A stretch of DNA of 64,000 nucleotides from an uncultured bacterium (GCA_965552055.1 CBEVQO010000003.1:64001-128000), one strand, 5' to 3'. Positions 17,964 through 28,727 are shown, counted from the stretch's first letter. Notes: generated by a model not told the origin, from the sequence alone. Numbers and translations: made by a program.

Positions 17964-18346
17964 TTGATACGAACATTATTTTAGAATTGTTATTAGAATT
18001 TGATAGAACAAATGAAGTAAGGCGATTTTTCGAAATTACTCCATTAAGCGATATTTTTATGAGCGATTTTTCTGTGTACTCCTTAGGAATTCTTCTAACA
18101 AAAAGGAAATATTATGAAGTATTTAAAAAATTCGTGAACGATTTTTTAAAAGAAATTTCTATACTCAGATTAACCCCCAATGAATTAATAGATGTTATTA
18201 AAATTATGAAAAAATATAATCTAGACTTTGACGATGCTTATCAATATACTATCGCTGAAAAATATGATTTGCAGATAATAAGCTTTGATGGAGATTTTGA
18301 CAGGACAGAGAGAGGCAGAAAAGAGCCAAAAGAAGTTATAAAATGA
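17939..18346 (+). CDS. vapC: PIN domain ribonuclease (VapC-like toxin)
   Basis: LIDTNI.LE, LDFDDAYQY and ISFD.DFD acidic motifs. Confidence 0.88.
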   Translation: MVGRKRFLIDTNIILELLLEFDRTNEVRRFFEITPLSDIFMSDFSVYSLGILLTKRKYYEVFKKFVNDFLKEISILRLTPNELIDVIKIMKKYNLDFDDAYQYTIAEKYDLQIISFDGDFDRTERGRKEPKEVIK

Positions 18347-19668
18347 TATTATTTTTAACATTGTCATGGCTTTCCATTTATTATGAAGGAGAGTATTGCA
18401 CTGAAGGTTGGAGAAGCTGGAATATGTGGAATCCCAAAAATCACATCGAATTGAAGATAGGTTCACAAAATATGTTTTTATCATTCATAGGAGAATCAAA
18501 TGCAAACGATATGAGATTCTTTTTCAATCAGGGACATATTGAATTTAGAAGAGAGCAGAGAGGCATAGGTTATCACATTGTATTATTTGCAAGGGAAGAC
18601 AGGCACTGGATTGATTATCCTCTTTTACATCTCGTAAATACAGATAGAATAAAAGATGATGTATGGGGTCCAAAAGCCGAAGGTATAAGAGCAGATGTAT
18701 GGGGCAACTTTTACATGACTTATCTTTTCTCAAGATACAGAGTAACGGAGCAGGGCGATGTGCATATCTTCAAAATCGGTAAAAAATTTATGAAAAAAAA
18801 TTATATCTTCTTATCCAGATTGAGAAAAGACCACGAAATTTATGATATAACATTAAAATTATCACCAAAATACGATTTAAATTGCGAATTCGCTTATAAC
18901 AAAGATTTGAAATCAAAAGCATACGAAATTGAAGTTAGAAATTTAAGGTTTAAAGATTTTTTAAATGCATTTTCTTTTTTCCGTTATGATAAAGATTTTA
19001 GATGTAACATCTCAAACAAATTTAATGCTCTTTTTGATAAAGAATATGGAAGGACAGGGATTTATCACGAAATTGTGTATCTTTTCCCAAATTATGCTAT
19101 CACGGGTGTTTTCAAAGGAAGATATTACAAATCTTATGTAAAATATGGAGAAATAATTGATACTCCCATTTTTTGTAGATGGAATTATTATGAATTGTAT
19201 CTCGAATTCATTTATGATTTTAATTTAAAACTGGCGATTGACGAGACGATTATAGATAGAGATTTGTGGCGACATTTGATATGTGAATGGATAATGGAAA
19301 AAAAACTTTACAGATTGAAATTTCAATATAAATTAAGGAATATGGGAGTGGGTGATACTCTTATTGTGAGTGAAGATACTGTTAAGACGATAGGGCAAAC
19401 CCATCTATTTGGTGCGGAGTTAAGGTTTAATCTTTTGAAGAATTTGTGGTTTTACTGTCGCACAGGTTATGCGCTTGGTCTTTATAAAAAGTGGTGGACT
19501 GGCTTTTTCCAGATAGGTTATCGTCCATCATGGAACACTGAAATTTATTTTGAGTATGGGGACCCATGGCAGACAGATGCTAACATCGTTGATGACTGGG
19601 ATTTCGCAGAGAATCCAAATTGTGCTCTCGTAAAAAGATTTAAAATATTTGTGAAGGCATGGTTCTGA
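18343..19668 (+). CDS. Hypothetical exported protein, probable outer-membrane beta-barrel
   Basis: Short hydrophobic N-terminus, aromatic-rich alternating strands, C-terminal ...FKIFVKAWF. Confidence 0.55.
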   Translation: MILFLTLSWLSIYYEGEYCTEGWRSWNMWNPKNHIELKIGSQNMFLSFIGESNANDMRFFFNQGHIEFRREQRGIGYHIVLFAREDRHWIDYPLLHLVNTDRIKDDVWGPKAEGIRADVWGNFYMTYLFSRYRVTEQGDVHIFKIGKKFMKKNYIFLSRLRKDHEIYDITLKLSPKYDLNCEFAYNKDLKSKAYEIEVRNLRFKDFLNAFSFFRYDKDFRCNISNKFNALFDKEYGRTGIYHEIVYLFPNYAITGVFKGRYYKSYVKYGEIIDTPIFCRWNYYELYLEFIYDFNLKLAIDETIIDRDLWRHLICEWIMEKKLYRLKFQYKLRNMGVGDTLIVSEDTVKTIGQTHLFGAELRFNLLKNLWFYCRTGYALGLYKKWWTGFFQIGYRPSWNTEIYFEYGDPWQTDANIVDDWDFAENPNCALVKRFKIFVKAWF

Positions 19669-19669
19669 T

Positions 19670-20164
19670 ATGGCTACTTTAAAGGAATTACAAAAAATAG
19701 TTTATGAGATCGCAAAACAAGTCGGTGGTATAGCAAATTCTCTTGGTAAGATATCAGAAGCCCTTGCAGAGCCCGAAATTGAAGAAAATTTTGAGAAAAT
19801 AGGGTTTAAAGTTTTGGGCTATTCTACTAATTTAAAAAGAAAATTAAATGGCAAAGAAAAAGAGATTGATTTACTTTTAAACGCAATGCGTGATGGTACT
19901 GATTATGTCATTGTAATGGAATCAAAAGTTAGGTTCAGGAAAAGAGAAGAAATTGATGAATTCGTTGAGTTTTTGTCAAAAGATTTTAAAAAATTTTTCA
20001 AAGAATATGCGAATTATAGAGTGGTAGGATGCGTTTGTGGGTTAAATTTCGGGACAGGAGTAGCTGAATATGCGATGAAAAAAGGATTATTTGTCATGAA
20101 GCCGAAGAAAGGAATTATGGGAATAGTTAATCCTCGTAATTTTAAATTTAAAGAATATGAGTGA
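19670..20164 (+). CDS. PD-(D/E)XK nuclease-superfamily protein (DUF3782-like)
   Basis: G...EAL, EIDLLL.....VIVMESK and YA.KKGLFV motifs. Confidence 0.65.
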   Translation: MATLKELQKIVYEIAKQVGGIANSLGKISEALAEPEIEENFEKIGFKVLGYSTNLKRKLNGKEKEIDLLLNAMRDGTDYVIVMESKVRFRKREEIDEFVEFLSKDFKKFFKEYANYRVVGCVCGLNFGTGVAEYAMKKGLFVMKPKKGIMGIVNPRNFKFKEYE

Positions 20165-21794
20165 ATTTTTAATGATATTTTTGATTTCTAAAGTTGTAAG
20201 TGTAGAAGGTGGTGTCAAATTCATTTATGAAGACTCTTATGCCTCGCAGGTTTATCTTGCTGGCAGTTTTAACAACTGGAATCCAACTGCCTTACCCATG
20301 AATCGCACGGACGGAAAATGGGAAGTTATAATAAAACTTCCACCAGGCAGATATGAGTACAAATTTGTAGTGGATGGGGAATGGGTAGCCGACCCCGATA
20401 ATCCCATGCGCACAAAAGAATACGGAAATTCTGTTATAGAAATTGGAGAAGATGGAGAAATTTTACCACCAAAACTATTTGCAGGTACACCTTTAAGCGG
20501 AATATTACTCTTTAAAGGCAAATACAAAGCATATTTTTATTTCAAAAAAGATACAGTATGGGTGTCAAAGACACCATGGCATATCGCATTGCTCAATATG
20601 GAAACAGATGTCGAAAAAGCAAGAATATTTGCACAATTAAAATTTGATTCACATAAAGAAGCGCAGGGAATATTACCAATAACATTATACAAAGGAAGAG
20701 CCACTTTAAAAGGGAAAATCTTTTCCTTAAACGGATTTTACAATCACAAAGAATTGAAAACAGATGACCCCATGACCTTAATCGGTAGGGTAGGTGAATT
20801 TGAAGAAAAATTTGGTAAAGACGAACAGGGAATTTATGGGCTCTGGAATCTTAGAAAATTTGACTTTATGGTATTATATAGTAACAACATAAACACAGAT
20901 AGAGACCTAATCGCAGGACATTTTAAAACACAAAGAGGTGGTTTTCTATATATTCAAGAAAAAGATTTTGATGAAAATGTTTACAAATTCTCAGCATATT
21001 CAAGGATTATAAACTTTGTCTATCAGGGAGTATTTTTCTGGCACAATAAGGATAAAGAGAAATTTTCAAATGGTTTCAAAATAAAGGCAGGACTTGAATT
21101 TAATAATGGAGATTTTTTAATAGATGTGGAAAAGCACAATTACAAAAATTTGAAATTATCGCCAGTTTATACAAGATTTGAAACAGGTTATAAATACAAA
21201 AAAAGAAAATTGAAATTTGCATTCAGGATGATTTATACACATTATGGTATCCCTCAAAATCTACCCTGGAAATATCTCTTTGATTATTTTGAACTTGGCA
21301 GATTAAAATATTATGAATATCCTTTAATAGGCTACAGGGATAATTTATGCTTTAGATTTAATTTGGGCTTTAGATTTAGTAAAACAGAAATTGATGACGA
21401 TTTAAATATCGGGAAATTAGGGGTTTTAAGCGAGCCAAAGACGATAGAAAATATCCTTCGCATTAAATATTATAAGAAAAGATGGATTTTTGGAGCAGAT
21501 TACAGAATCTTCTATATTAAGGATGATTACTGGAAATTGAATAATGTTTTTCAATCACCTTATTTTGAGATAGGGTATAGATTTTCTCCGTTTGCAGCAT
21601 TAAAAATTTGCTATGGTGTTGCCCCATTGAATTATAAAGATGAATATAAAGGCAGACGAGAATTTCTTGAAGATTATGGGGTTACTTATGATAATTTGAG
21701 GGCTGGCTATAAGTGGCTTGGGCAATACATTAAAGATGGTGAGCGAGCGTTATCGCAGAAGATAATAACGATAAAAGGAGAGGTGAAATTCTGA
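20157..21794 (+). CDS. CBM48/AMPK-beta glycogen-binding domain fused to a probable beta-barrel
   Basis: VYLAGSFNNW...LPPGRYEYKFVVDGEW..DP.N; remainder aromatic and strand-like, ending in F. Confidence 0.7.
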   Translation: MSEFLMIFLISKVVSVEGGVKFIYEDSYASQVYLAGSFNNWNPTALPMNRTDGKWEVIIKLPPGRYEYKFVVDGEWVADPDNPMRTKEYGNSVIEIGEDGEILPPKLFAGTPLSGILLFKGKYKAYFYFKKDTVWVSKTPWHIALLNMETDVEKARIFAQLKFDSHKEAQGILPITLYKGRATLKGKIFSLNGFYNHKELKTDDPMTLIGRVGEFEEKFGKDEQGIYGLWNLRKFDFMVLYSNNINTDRDLIAGHFKTQRGGFLYIQEKDFDENVYKFSAYSRIINFVYQGVFFWHNKDKEKFSNGFKIKAGLEFNNGDFLIDVEKHNYKNLKLSPVYTRFETGYKYKKRKLKFAFRMIYTHYGIPQNLPWKYLFDYFELGRLKYYEYPLIGYRDNLCFRFNLGFRFSKTEIDDDLNIGKLGVLSEPKTIENILRIKYYKKRWIFGADYRIFYIKDDYWKLNNVFQSPYFEIGYRFSPFAALKICYGVAPLNYKDEYKGRREFLEDYGVTYDNLRAGYKWLGQYIKDGERALSQKIITIKGEVKF

Positions 21795-22189
21795 TGAGAT
21801 ACTTTTTGATGATATTTCTTATATTAACGGGTTGTGCTTTAAATCGCATTTTGAAGCCAAGACTTAAACCGCCTCATAAAGTAAATGGTGGCTATATTTT
21901 TCAATTTTACGCACCTTATGCTCGTATGGTTAATCTGGCAGGTGATTTCAATGGTTGGTGCGGAACGGTGTCAGGACCTTTCAATCCAGAAATTGGCAAA
22001 ATGTATGACGATGGAACACATGGCGATAAAAAGGCAGGTGATGGAATATGGACGATAATAGTGAATTTGAAACCCGGAGTTTATAAGTACAAATTCGTGG
22101 TAGATGGAATGTACTGGTATACTGACCCTAACAATCCTGAAACGATAACTGAGGGAGGCTATACAAATTCAGTTGTGAGGGTGAAATGA
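21794..22189 (+). CDS. Lipoprotein with CBM48-type glycogen-binding domain
   Basis: LTGC lipobox; LAGDFNGW, inserted MYDDGTHGDKKAGDGIW loop, YKYKFVVDG. Confidence 0.78.
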   Translation: MRYFLMIFLILTGCALNRILKPRLKPPHKVNGGYIFQFYAPYARMVNLAGDFNGWCGTVSGPFNPEIGKMYDDGTHGDKKAGDGIWTIIVNLKPGVYKYKFVVDGMYWYTDPNNPETITEGGYTNSVVRVK

Positions 22190-23229
22190 AATATAAATGG
22201 TTTTACAGTGTAGCGGCGTTTATTTTCTTTATAAGTTGTCAACATAATCCTGAAAAACCTTATCTCACACCCTACACGATTCATTTACTTGGTAATTTCA
22301 ACAACTGGGATATTGAAGATTTTGAAGGCACGATGATGGAATATAAAGGCGGGCATTTGTGGGAAAAAGAGGTGAAATTTGATTCAGCGATGCATATTGA
22401 ATTCAAATTTGTGATAAATGGAAGCTGGGAGCCTTACAGTTTTGGTGGGCCACCTGGTTCATCGCAGTATGGTGCAGCAGGTGTATGTACACTTGCTTCA
22501 AACAGCTCAAATCTAACATGGGACATTCCTGTTGCTGGTACTTATAAATTTTTGTTTAATGACTCAACTTATTATTACGAAATAAGATCGGCATTCTTTA
22601 TGATTGATGGCAATATGGCAGATTGGGACTCGACTTCAAAAGTTTGTGAAAATACAAAAAATCCCTGGGCACAGTTTGATTTAAAAAGTGGCTGGATAAC
22701 ATGGGATAGTGCCAATTTATATCTCGGCGCCGTCGGTAGCTGTCCTTCAGAAAGCGACCCCAATGCTTTCCGCATTTTCATTGATGTTGATTATGGTGCA
22801 AAAACAGGTGAAAGGGACTTTACAAATACAAATTATGGACTTTATGGTACGGATTTGGAAGTTACAGATACTCTGTTTGGTGCAGATTTTGAAGTATTTT
22901 ATGCAAGCTGGGGTGAAAGCCATTTTGTTTCGCTTGATGCTGCAAATGATGTTGCAACAGAAATGGATAAGGATGTGGAAATTGCTTATGCAGAAGGTGG
23001 AGAATTAACAGGTTTAGAGGTCAAAATTCCATGGCAGAAGTTTTTTGGCACGGTCCCTGATAGCGTAAAGATAGGCATTTTGTGGGTGCTTACAAATGCC
23101 AAAACAGATGATTATTATTCCAGTGATGATCAACTACCAGAGCGTCAAGCTGGTAATTACGATGAAACAACAGGGCACCTCGTTCAAGACAGGGTTTACA
23201 CTACGGTGATAAAAATAAAGCAAAAATGA
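22186..23229 (+). CDS. Lipoprotein with starch-binding (SusE/F- or CBM48-like) domain and DOMON/CBM9-like domain
   Basis: FISC lipobox; LLGNFNNW..EFKFVINGSW..GTYKF.FND; IDG...DW, TWD..NLYLG and EVKIPW. Confidence 0.62.
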   Translation: MKYKWFYSVAAFIFFISCQHNPEKPYLTPYTIHLLGNFNNWDIEDFEGTMMEYKGGHLWEKEVKFDSAMHIEFKFVINGSWEPYSFGGPPGSSQYGAAGVCTLASNSSNLTWDIPVAGTYKFLFNDSTYYYEIRSAFFMIDGNMADWDSTSKVCENTKNPWAQFDLKSGWITWDSANLYLGAVGSCPSESDPNAFRIFIDVDYGAKTGERDFTNTNYGLYGTDLEVTDTLFGADFEVFYASWGESHFVSLDAANDVATEMDKDVEIAYAEGGELTGLEVKIPWQKFFGTVPDSVKIGILWVLTNAKTDDYYSSDDQLPERQAGNYDETTGHLVQDRVYTTVIKIKQK

Positions 23230-25517
23230 CACTATTAATCATCGCGATGCTAAAAATTAATCCCATTCCAACTTTATATTTGAATATCGGAGAGTCAGCA
23301 GAGATAAGGTTATCACCTTATATTTTGAGTACTTCAAAGATTTCTATATCCTCTGTTAAAATTTTGGGTAAAGATACAAAAAATTTTGAGATTTTTAATG
23401 TTGAAGATAGGATTTTTTTAAGACCCGCTAAAAAAATCAAAGGTATTTTGTTTTTAAGCTTTGAAGTTAAAAATGTAGAAGGTGAAATAGCCAAAGGTGT
23501 AGTTCCCATCGTTTACAGGGAGGAACATAAAGTTAAATTTATTTATCATGGTAAACCAGGAGAAGAAGTTTATCTTGCAGGTGAGTTTAACAATTGGAAT
23601 CCTAAATCATTGAAAATGGAGGATAAAGGGGGAGGTATTTATGTTGTAGAGTTATCGCTTCCTCCAGGCAGATATCAGTATAAATTTGTTGTAAATGGAA
23701 ACTGGATAAGAGATGAGAAAAATCCTTTAACAGCACCGGATGGTTTTGGAGGATTAAATTCTGTAATTGAAGTGAAAGGAAAAGAGTTTAACATAATTCC
23801 AGATAAACTTAAAAAGGAAGAAAATAAAATAAGCTTTAGTGTGGAATTTGAAGGTAAGATAAAAGATGTATATCTTGTGATGGACAACAAAGTTCTTCCT
23901 AAATGCTGGAAAATTAAAGGAAAAAAGATAACTTTTGAAGTGAAAAATGTTGAAAAGGGTGAGCACTGGTTTAGATTATTTGTTGGAGATGGTGATAATT
24001 TCTCAGAATTATTTTTTAAAGAATACATTGGAATACCCACAAAATTTGACTGGCGTGATGCTATAATTTATTACATTGTAGTAGATAGGTTTTGCAATGG
24101 AGATAAAGAAAATGATAAACCAATAAATGATCCAGAATTATCGTGGAAGTGCAACTTTCAAGGCGGTGATTTTGAGGGTATAATTCAAAAGTTAAAAGAG
24201 GGTTACTTTAATAAACTTGGCATAAATTGCATCTGGTTGTCACCTGTCTACAAAGCACCTGATAAAGCGTATAAAGAGAGTTTTCCGCCATATCGCAAAT
24301 ACTCTGGGTATCATGGATACTGGCCTGTAAGCCCTACAGAGGTTGAACCACGTTTTGGCGGTGCAAAAAGATTGAAAGAATTGATAAATCTTGCACATAA
24401 AAAAGGGATTAAAATAATGTTTGATCTTGTCTTAAACCATGTACATATTGAACATCCTTGGTATAAAAATCATAAAGATTGGTTTACGCCACTTTATCTT
24501 CCTGATGGGAGGAAAAATTTAAGGCTTTTTGATGAATTTCCTTTAACAACTTGGTTTGATGAGTTTGTGCCTTCATTTGATTTCAGTAAAAAAGAAGTTA
24601 TTGATACTGTTTGTGAGAATGCAATATGGTGGCTTCGTGAATTTGATGTTGATGCAGTGCGTCTTGATGCTGTGAAACATATCCCTCATAATTTTTGGCG
24701 TGAGTTTAGAAGAAGGATAAAAGAAGAAATTGAAATACCTTATAACAAAGAGATTTATTTATTAGGTGAAACAATCTGGAGTAGGGAGAAGATAAAAGAA
24801 TATGTGAATCCAGAAGAATTAACGGGGCAATTTGATTATCCTTTGTACTGGGTGATAAGGGATGTTTTTGCGTTTAATCGCAGGGACTTCCGAGAGCTTG
24901 AGCATGAGCTTTTGCAATCTGAGAGGATTTACGGCGATGCTATAATGTCGCCGTTCCTCGGAAATCAGGATTTTGCGCGATTTATCTCATACATTGAAGG
25001 GCTAAGTGGAGATGAAAAAGAAATAGGTTGGCACAATCCTCCCGAAGTTAAAGATACTCTGAGCTATAAGAAGTTGCAATTGGCATTTGCATTTTTGATG
25101 ACATTGAAAGGAGCTCCTTTGATTTTTTATGGCGATGAGATTGGAATGCCGGGTGCAGGCGACCCGGATAACAGAAGATTTATGAGATTCGGAGACAAAT
25201 TGAAGAAAGAGGAAAAGGAAACCTTTGAGGTTATAAGCAAATTATGTCATTTTAGACGAAAACATCCTGCTTTAAGGTATGGTGTACGTCGCACACTTTA
25301 TATCGATGATGATTTTTGGGTTTATGAATTAAAATATTTCAACGATGATGTGCTTGTTCTTTTAAATAGAGGGAGAGATGAAAGAGAGTATGAACTTAAA
25401 GGTGATTGGCTCAACGAATTTACAGGTGAAAAAATAAGCAGTAAGGTAAAAGTTTCTCCTTTTTCCTTTGTATATTTAACAAAAATCAACAATGATAAAC
25501 TTGACTTTCAAAAATAA
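23226..25517 (+). CDS. GH13 alpha-amylase family glycoside hydrolase with CBM48
   Basis: DRF.NGD, GGDFEGI, YHGYW, DLVLNH, RLDAVKH, GE, FLGNQD and YGDEIG motifs. Confidence 0.92.
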   Translation: MTLLIIAMLKINPIPTLYLNIGESAEIRLSPYILSTSKISISSVKILGKDTKNFEIFNVEDRIFLRPAKKIKGILFLSFEVKNVEGEIAKGVVPIVYREEHKVKFIYHGKPGEEVYLAGEFNNWNPKSLKMEDKGGGIYVVELSLPPGRYQYKFVVNGNWIRDEKNPLTAPDGFGGLNSVIEVKGKEFNIIPDKLKKEENKISFSVEFEGKIKDVYLVMDNKVLPKCWKIKGKKITFEVKNVEKGEHWFRLFVGDGDNFSELFFKEYIGIPTKFDWRDAIIYYIVVDRFCNGDKENDKPINDPELSWKCNFQGGDFEGIIQKLKEGYFNKLGINCIWLSPVYKAPDKAYKESFPPYRKYSGYHGYWPVSPTEVEPRFGGAKRLKELINLAHKKGIKIMFDLVLNHVHIEHPWYKNHKDWFTPLYLPDGRKNLRLFDEFPLTTWFDEFVPSFDFSKKEVIDTVCENAIWWLREFDVDAVRLDAVKHIPHNFWREFRRRIKEEIEIPYNKEIYLLGETIWSREKIKEYVNPEELTGQFDYPLYWVIRDVFAFNRRDFRELEHELLQSERIYGDAIMSPFLGNQDFARFISYIEGLSGDEKEIGWHNPPEVKDTLSYKKLQLAFAFLMTLKGAPLIFYGDEIGMPGAGDPDNRRFMRFGDKLKKEEKETFEVISKLCHFRRKHPALRYGVRRTLYIDDDFWVYELKYFNDDVLVLLNRGRDEREYELKGDWLNEFTGEKISSKVKVSPFSFVYLTKINNDKLDFQK

Positions 25518-25527
25518 GAGTTATAAT
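25501..25527 (+). promoter_or_regulatory. Putative promoter TTGACT-N15-TATAAT, leaderless
   Basis: Overlaps the last codons of the GH13 gene; ATGs at 25530 and 25533 follow. Confidence 0.6.
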
Positions 25528-25529
25528 AA

Positions 25530-28500
25530 ATGATGGAGAAAATTTTATTACTGTTCCTTTTGTTAAGTCAGCCGAAACCCAAAGGTACCGTAAAAATTGC
25601 TTTTTTGCATCATGGTAATCAAACATTTGCTGATAACGGTGCTTATGCTTTGATCCCCGGAGATCCAGGATATGTAGGAAATAGTTATCATAGAATTCTT
25701 GATTCACATTTCTATTACAATATTCCTGTTGATATACATATCTCAGGACCTCTCGCACAATCTTATGCGTGGTTGAAAAATGACAATGATTTGCTGAATA
25801 GATTAAAAAATGACCTTGTATGTATAGTTGCAAGTGTGTATGGTCAAAACATAATGCCATATGCTGACCCCGAGATGAATAAGTTTGCACTCTGGTACAA
25901 AAAAATAGTAGATTCATGTCTTATAAAAAAACCGGGCTGGCAGGATTATCCGACCGTTATATGGATACCTGAGAGAGTTTGGAAAAGCCAATTGTTAATG
26001 CCTTACTCTTTAATAGAAATTTTAAACCAAGAGTATGGTAAGTATGATTCACAAGGACGCTGGATAGCACCCTGTATAATCCTTGACGATAATGTTCATG
26101 AATGGTATCCTCATACTTTTCCTTCAGGTGATACATGCTATAATCCTAATAAAGTTCATATTATGTATGACGATAATGGCTACTATGTATTTGTTATTTT
26201 CATTGATTCTTATATGAGGCACGGTTGGGTCTGGAACGATGTCAGTGACCCTGATAACTGGGTGAATCAACATCTTTGGTCTATGGCAAATTCCTGGGAT
26301 CAGTGGCAGATTGCACTTTATGGTGATGACTGGGAGAAAGCAGCAGGGGTTGCTGGTTGGGATTTCGGTCAGGCAGGAGCTCCTTCGAATTCCTATGATA
26401 ACAACATTGCCTGGGCTGCAACACAGGATTGGGTTCAATGCATACATGTATGTGAAGCTGCAAAATGGTGGGGAGTGGATGCTATTTATGATGAGAACCC
26501 ATTAAATGACCCCCCGGAAATCAAAATTCATTACGCTGCATATTCTGAACTGCATGACTGGACTGGCGGTAATTATGATAACTGGTATAATGATTTTCAT
26601 CACACAATAGCTTATGGGATTGATACTGCCAATATTAGTGATTTGAGTGGAAATGGTGTAAAAGGCGATTATGAAGACCTTTGGAAATATGGTTATAACA
26701 GGTTAATGGGGAACATTGGTCCTTCTATTCCTGACCTTACTATTGCGAAGCTGGGCTGGATTACGCTGATGGGCATGCTGTATGAAACTGCATGGCATAC
26801 AGGTCCTGGTGGTGAACTTGTTTACTGGGGCAAAAATCTCTGGAATCATACTCGTTACGCTGGATTTTTTGCAGAAGCAACTGCTTGGCTTGCATATATT
26901 GCAGATACGATAACGATAGCAAAAGTTGATTCCGGAGATTATGATTTTGATGGTGAATATGAGTATGCTATTTACAACAATAAATTATTTGCGATTTTTG
27001 AGAAAAGGGGCGGAAGGGCACTTGTAGTGGTCACTTCTGATACTCATTGTGTTGTTGGCAATCTTATGACAAACTGGGGAGGAGAGGGTGACTGGGATGA
27101 TGGTGGGCATCCTGGTCTTTTCCACGACTCTCAGGGTGAAAATTCATGGTTCACTGCAGATAGTGTGTCATCGGGCTCGACAGCTGTTCTCCTTCTTTGT
27201 GAAAAATACGACTGGTCAGGTGAGCCAGCGTCTGATTTGCAAAAAGAAATTAGATTAAAAGCAGGGAAATCGTATTTTGAAGTGAAATATCAGAGTACAT
27301 GGGATAACTGGACAAAAGCAGGGGTTACTCCTGGCCTCTGGAACATGCTATTGCATGGATATAATTTGAAATTTATATGGGGTTTATCTCCAAATGGCTG
27401 GATGTATGCCGGTTACGAAGATACTTTTAGTACCGTGAAAGCATGCTTTATGTGGGGGTCGGGTCAGGGACTTACTTATCATAATCTTTGTAAAATGTCA
27501 TCAGGTGCAGAATTAATAGAACTTGGTGGCAAATCAGGTACATATACAATCTTTTTCTATGCTGGTAAAGGTACGCCAGAGATAGACTCCATAGGTCCGG
27601 GTGACCTCGAAGGTCCGATAATTTACGGAACTTCTCAAACACCTCCTCATTCTATTCTGCCAGAAGATACTGTTTGGATACAATGTTATGTTGTTGACCC
27701 ATCTGATGTAAAAGAAGTGTTTGTGAGATATACAGACAACAACTGGGCATCTTCTTATGATGTGCAGATGCAAAAAGTTGATGATAATTTATATAAAGCA
27801 TTTATACCGCCTCATCCTTATGGAACAAAAATAGAATATTGTATATGTGCAAGAGACACATTTTTAAATGAATCATGGGATAATAACTTCTGGCAGAATT
27901 ATTCTTATACTGTAGGACTTATTACATTTGAGATGGATGGCCAGATTGATCGAATTGCTTACGAAATAAGTCAAAATGAAGGTATGCATTTGTGGATATA
28001 CTATTATGCTGATTCCTGTCAATTATATGTCGCAACAGAAGCAGCTACAGGTGAGATTTTTCATAACGACCATTTTATTTTTATATCTCTAAATCCATGT
28101 TCCTTACTTATATCACCACCATGGGCTAAGCGTGGCAAAGTAGGGTATTACGATGTTTATCTTGCAGATGAGTCAGAGAGTAATTTTGAAGGTTGGTTTA
28201 AGAGAGGCGATGTCCTTTTTGACACCATAAATTGTGCATCTTCAACCCAGGATGGAGTTTTAGAAGGAGTTATTGATCTTGACAAATTTTATGGTTTCAG
28301 ACCAGAAACTGTGTATATAGCAGTTGGAAGCTATGGCACATGGGATGGTGATTATTTACAGTGGCAGGTACCACCATCAGATACAGTTCCAGCAGATACA
28401 ATAATATCTGCAGATGAATTTGTAATCTTACCTTTACAAAGACTTAGAATAGAAGAAAAAAGAATTTTAAGAAAGCCAGAAATCAAAATTTATCCAAATC

Positions 28501-28727
28501 CTACGAAAGGCAAATTTACAATATTTTATACTATTCCGGAAGAAACAAAGATAAAAATTTCCCTTTATGATGTGAATGGGCGTCTTGTTCAAATTTTAAA
28601 AGAAGAAAAAGTCTTACCTGGTAGATATATTTTGAAAGAAAATTTAAGATTACCATCGGGAATTTACTTTGTAAGAATAGAAGGTAAAGGTTTAATAGGT
28701 ATTCAAAAACTGATCTATATAAAATGA
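25530..28727 (+). CDS. Secreted divergent GH57-like glycoside hydrolase with T9SS-like C-terminal domain
   Basis: LHHGNQ, WIPERVW and YGDDWEK resemble GH57 conserved regions; C-terminal IYPNP...IYFV..K. Confidence 0.6.
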   Translation: MMEKILLLFLLLSQPKPKGTVKIAFLHHGNQTFADNGAYALIPGDPGYVGNSYHRILDSHFYYNIPVDIHISGPLAQSYAWLKNDNDLLNRLKNDLVCIVASVYGQNIMPYADPEMNKFALWYKKIVDSCLIKKPGWQDYPTVIWIPERVWKSQLLMPYSLIEILNQEYGKYDSQGRWIAPCIILDDNVHEWYPHTFPSGDTCYNPNKVHIMYDDNGYYVFVIFIDSYMRHGWVWNDVSDPDNWVNQHLWSMANSWDQWQIALYGDDWEKAAGVAGWDFGQAGAPSNSYDNNIAWAATQDWVQCIHVCEAAKWWGVDAIYDENPLNDPPEIKIHYAAYSELHDWTGGNYDNWYNDFHHTIAYGIDTANISDLSGNGVKGDYEDLWKYGYNRLMGNIGPSIPDLTIAKLGWITLMGMLYETAWHTGPGGELVYWGKNLWNHTRYAGFFAEATAWLAYIADTITIAKVDSGDYDFDGEYEYAIYNNKLFAIFEKRGGRALVVVTSDTHCVVGNLMTNWGGEGDWDDGGHPGLFHDSQGENSWFTADSVSSGSTAVLLLCEKYDWSGEPASDLQKEIRLKAGKSYFEVKYQSTWDNWTKAGVTPGLWNMLLHGYNLKFIWGLSPNGWMYAGYEDTFSTVKACFMWGSGQGLTYHNLCKMSSGAELIELGGKSGTYTIFFYAGKGTPEIDSIGPGDLEGPIIYGTSQTPPHSILPEDTVWIQCYVVDPSDVKEVFVRYTDNNWASSYDVQMQKVDDNLYKAFIPPHPYGTKIEYCICARDTFLNESWDNNFWQNYSYTVGLITFEMDGQIDRIAYEISQNEGMHLWIYYYADSCQLYVATEAATGEIFHNDHFIFISLNPCSLLISPPWAKRGKVGYYDVYLADESESNFEGWFKRGDVLFDTINCASSTQDGVLEGVIDLDKFYGFRPETVYIAVGSYGTWDGDYLQWQVPPSDTVPADTIISADEFVILPLQRLRIEEKRILRKPEIKIYPNPTKGKFTIFYTIPEETKIKISLYDVNGRLVQILKEEKVLPGRYILKENLRLPSGIYFVRIEGKGLIGIQKLIYIK

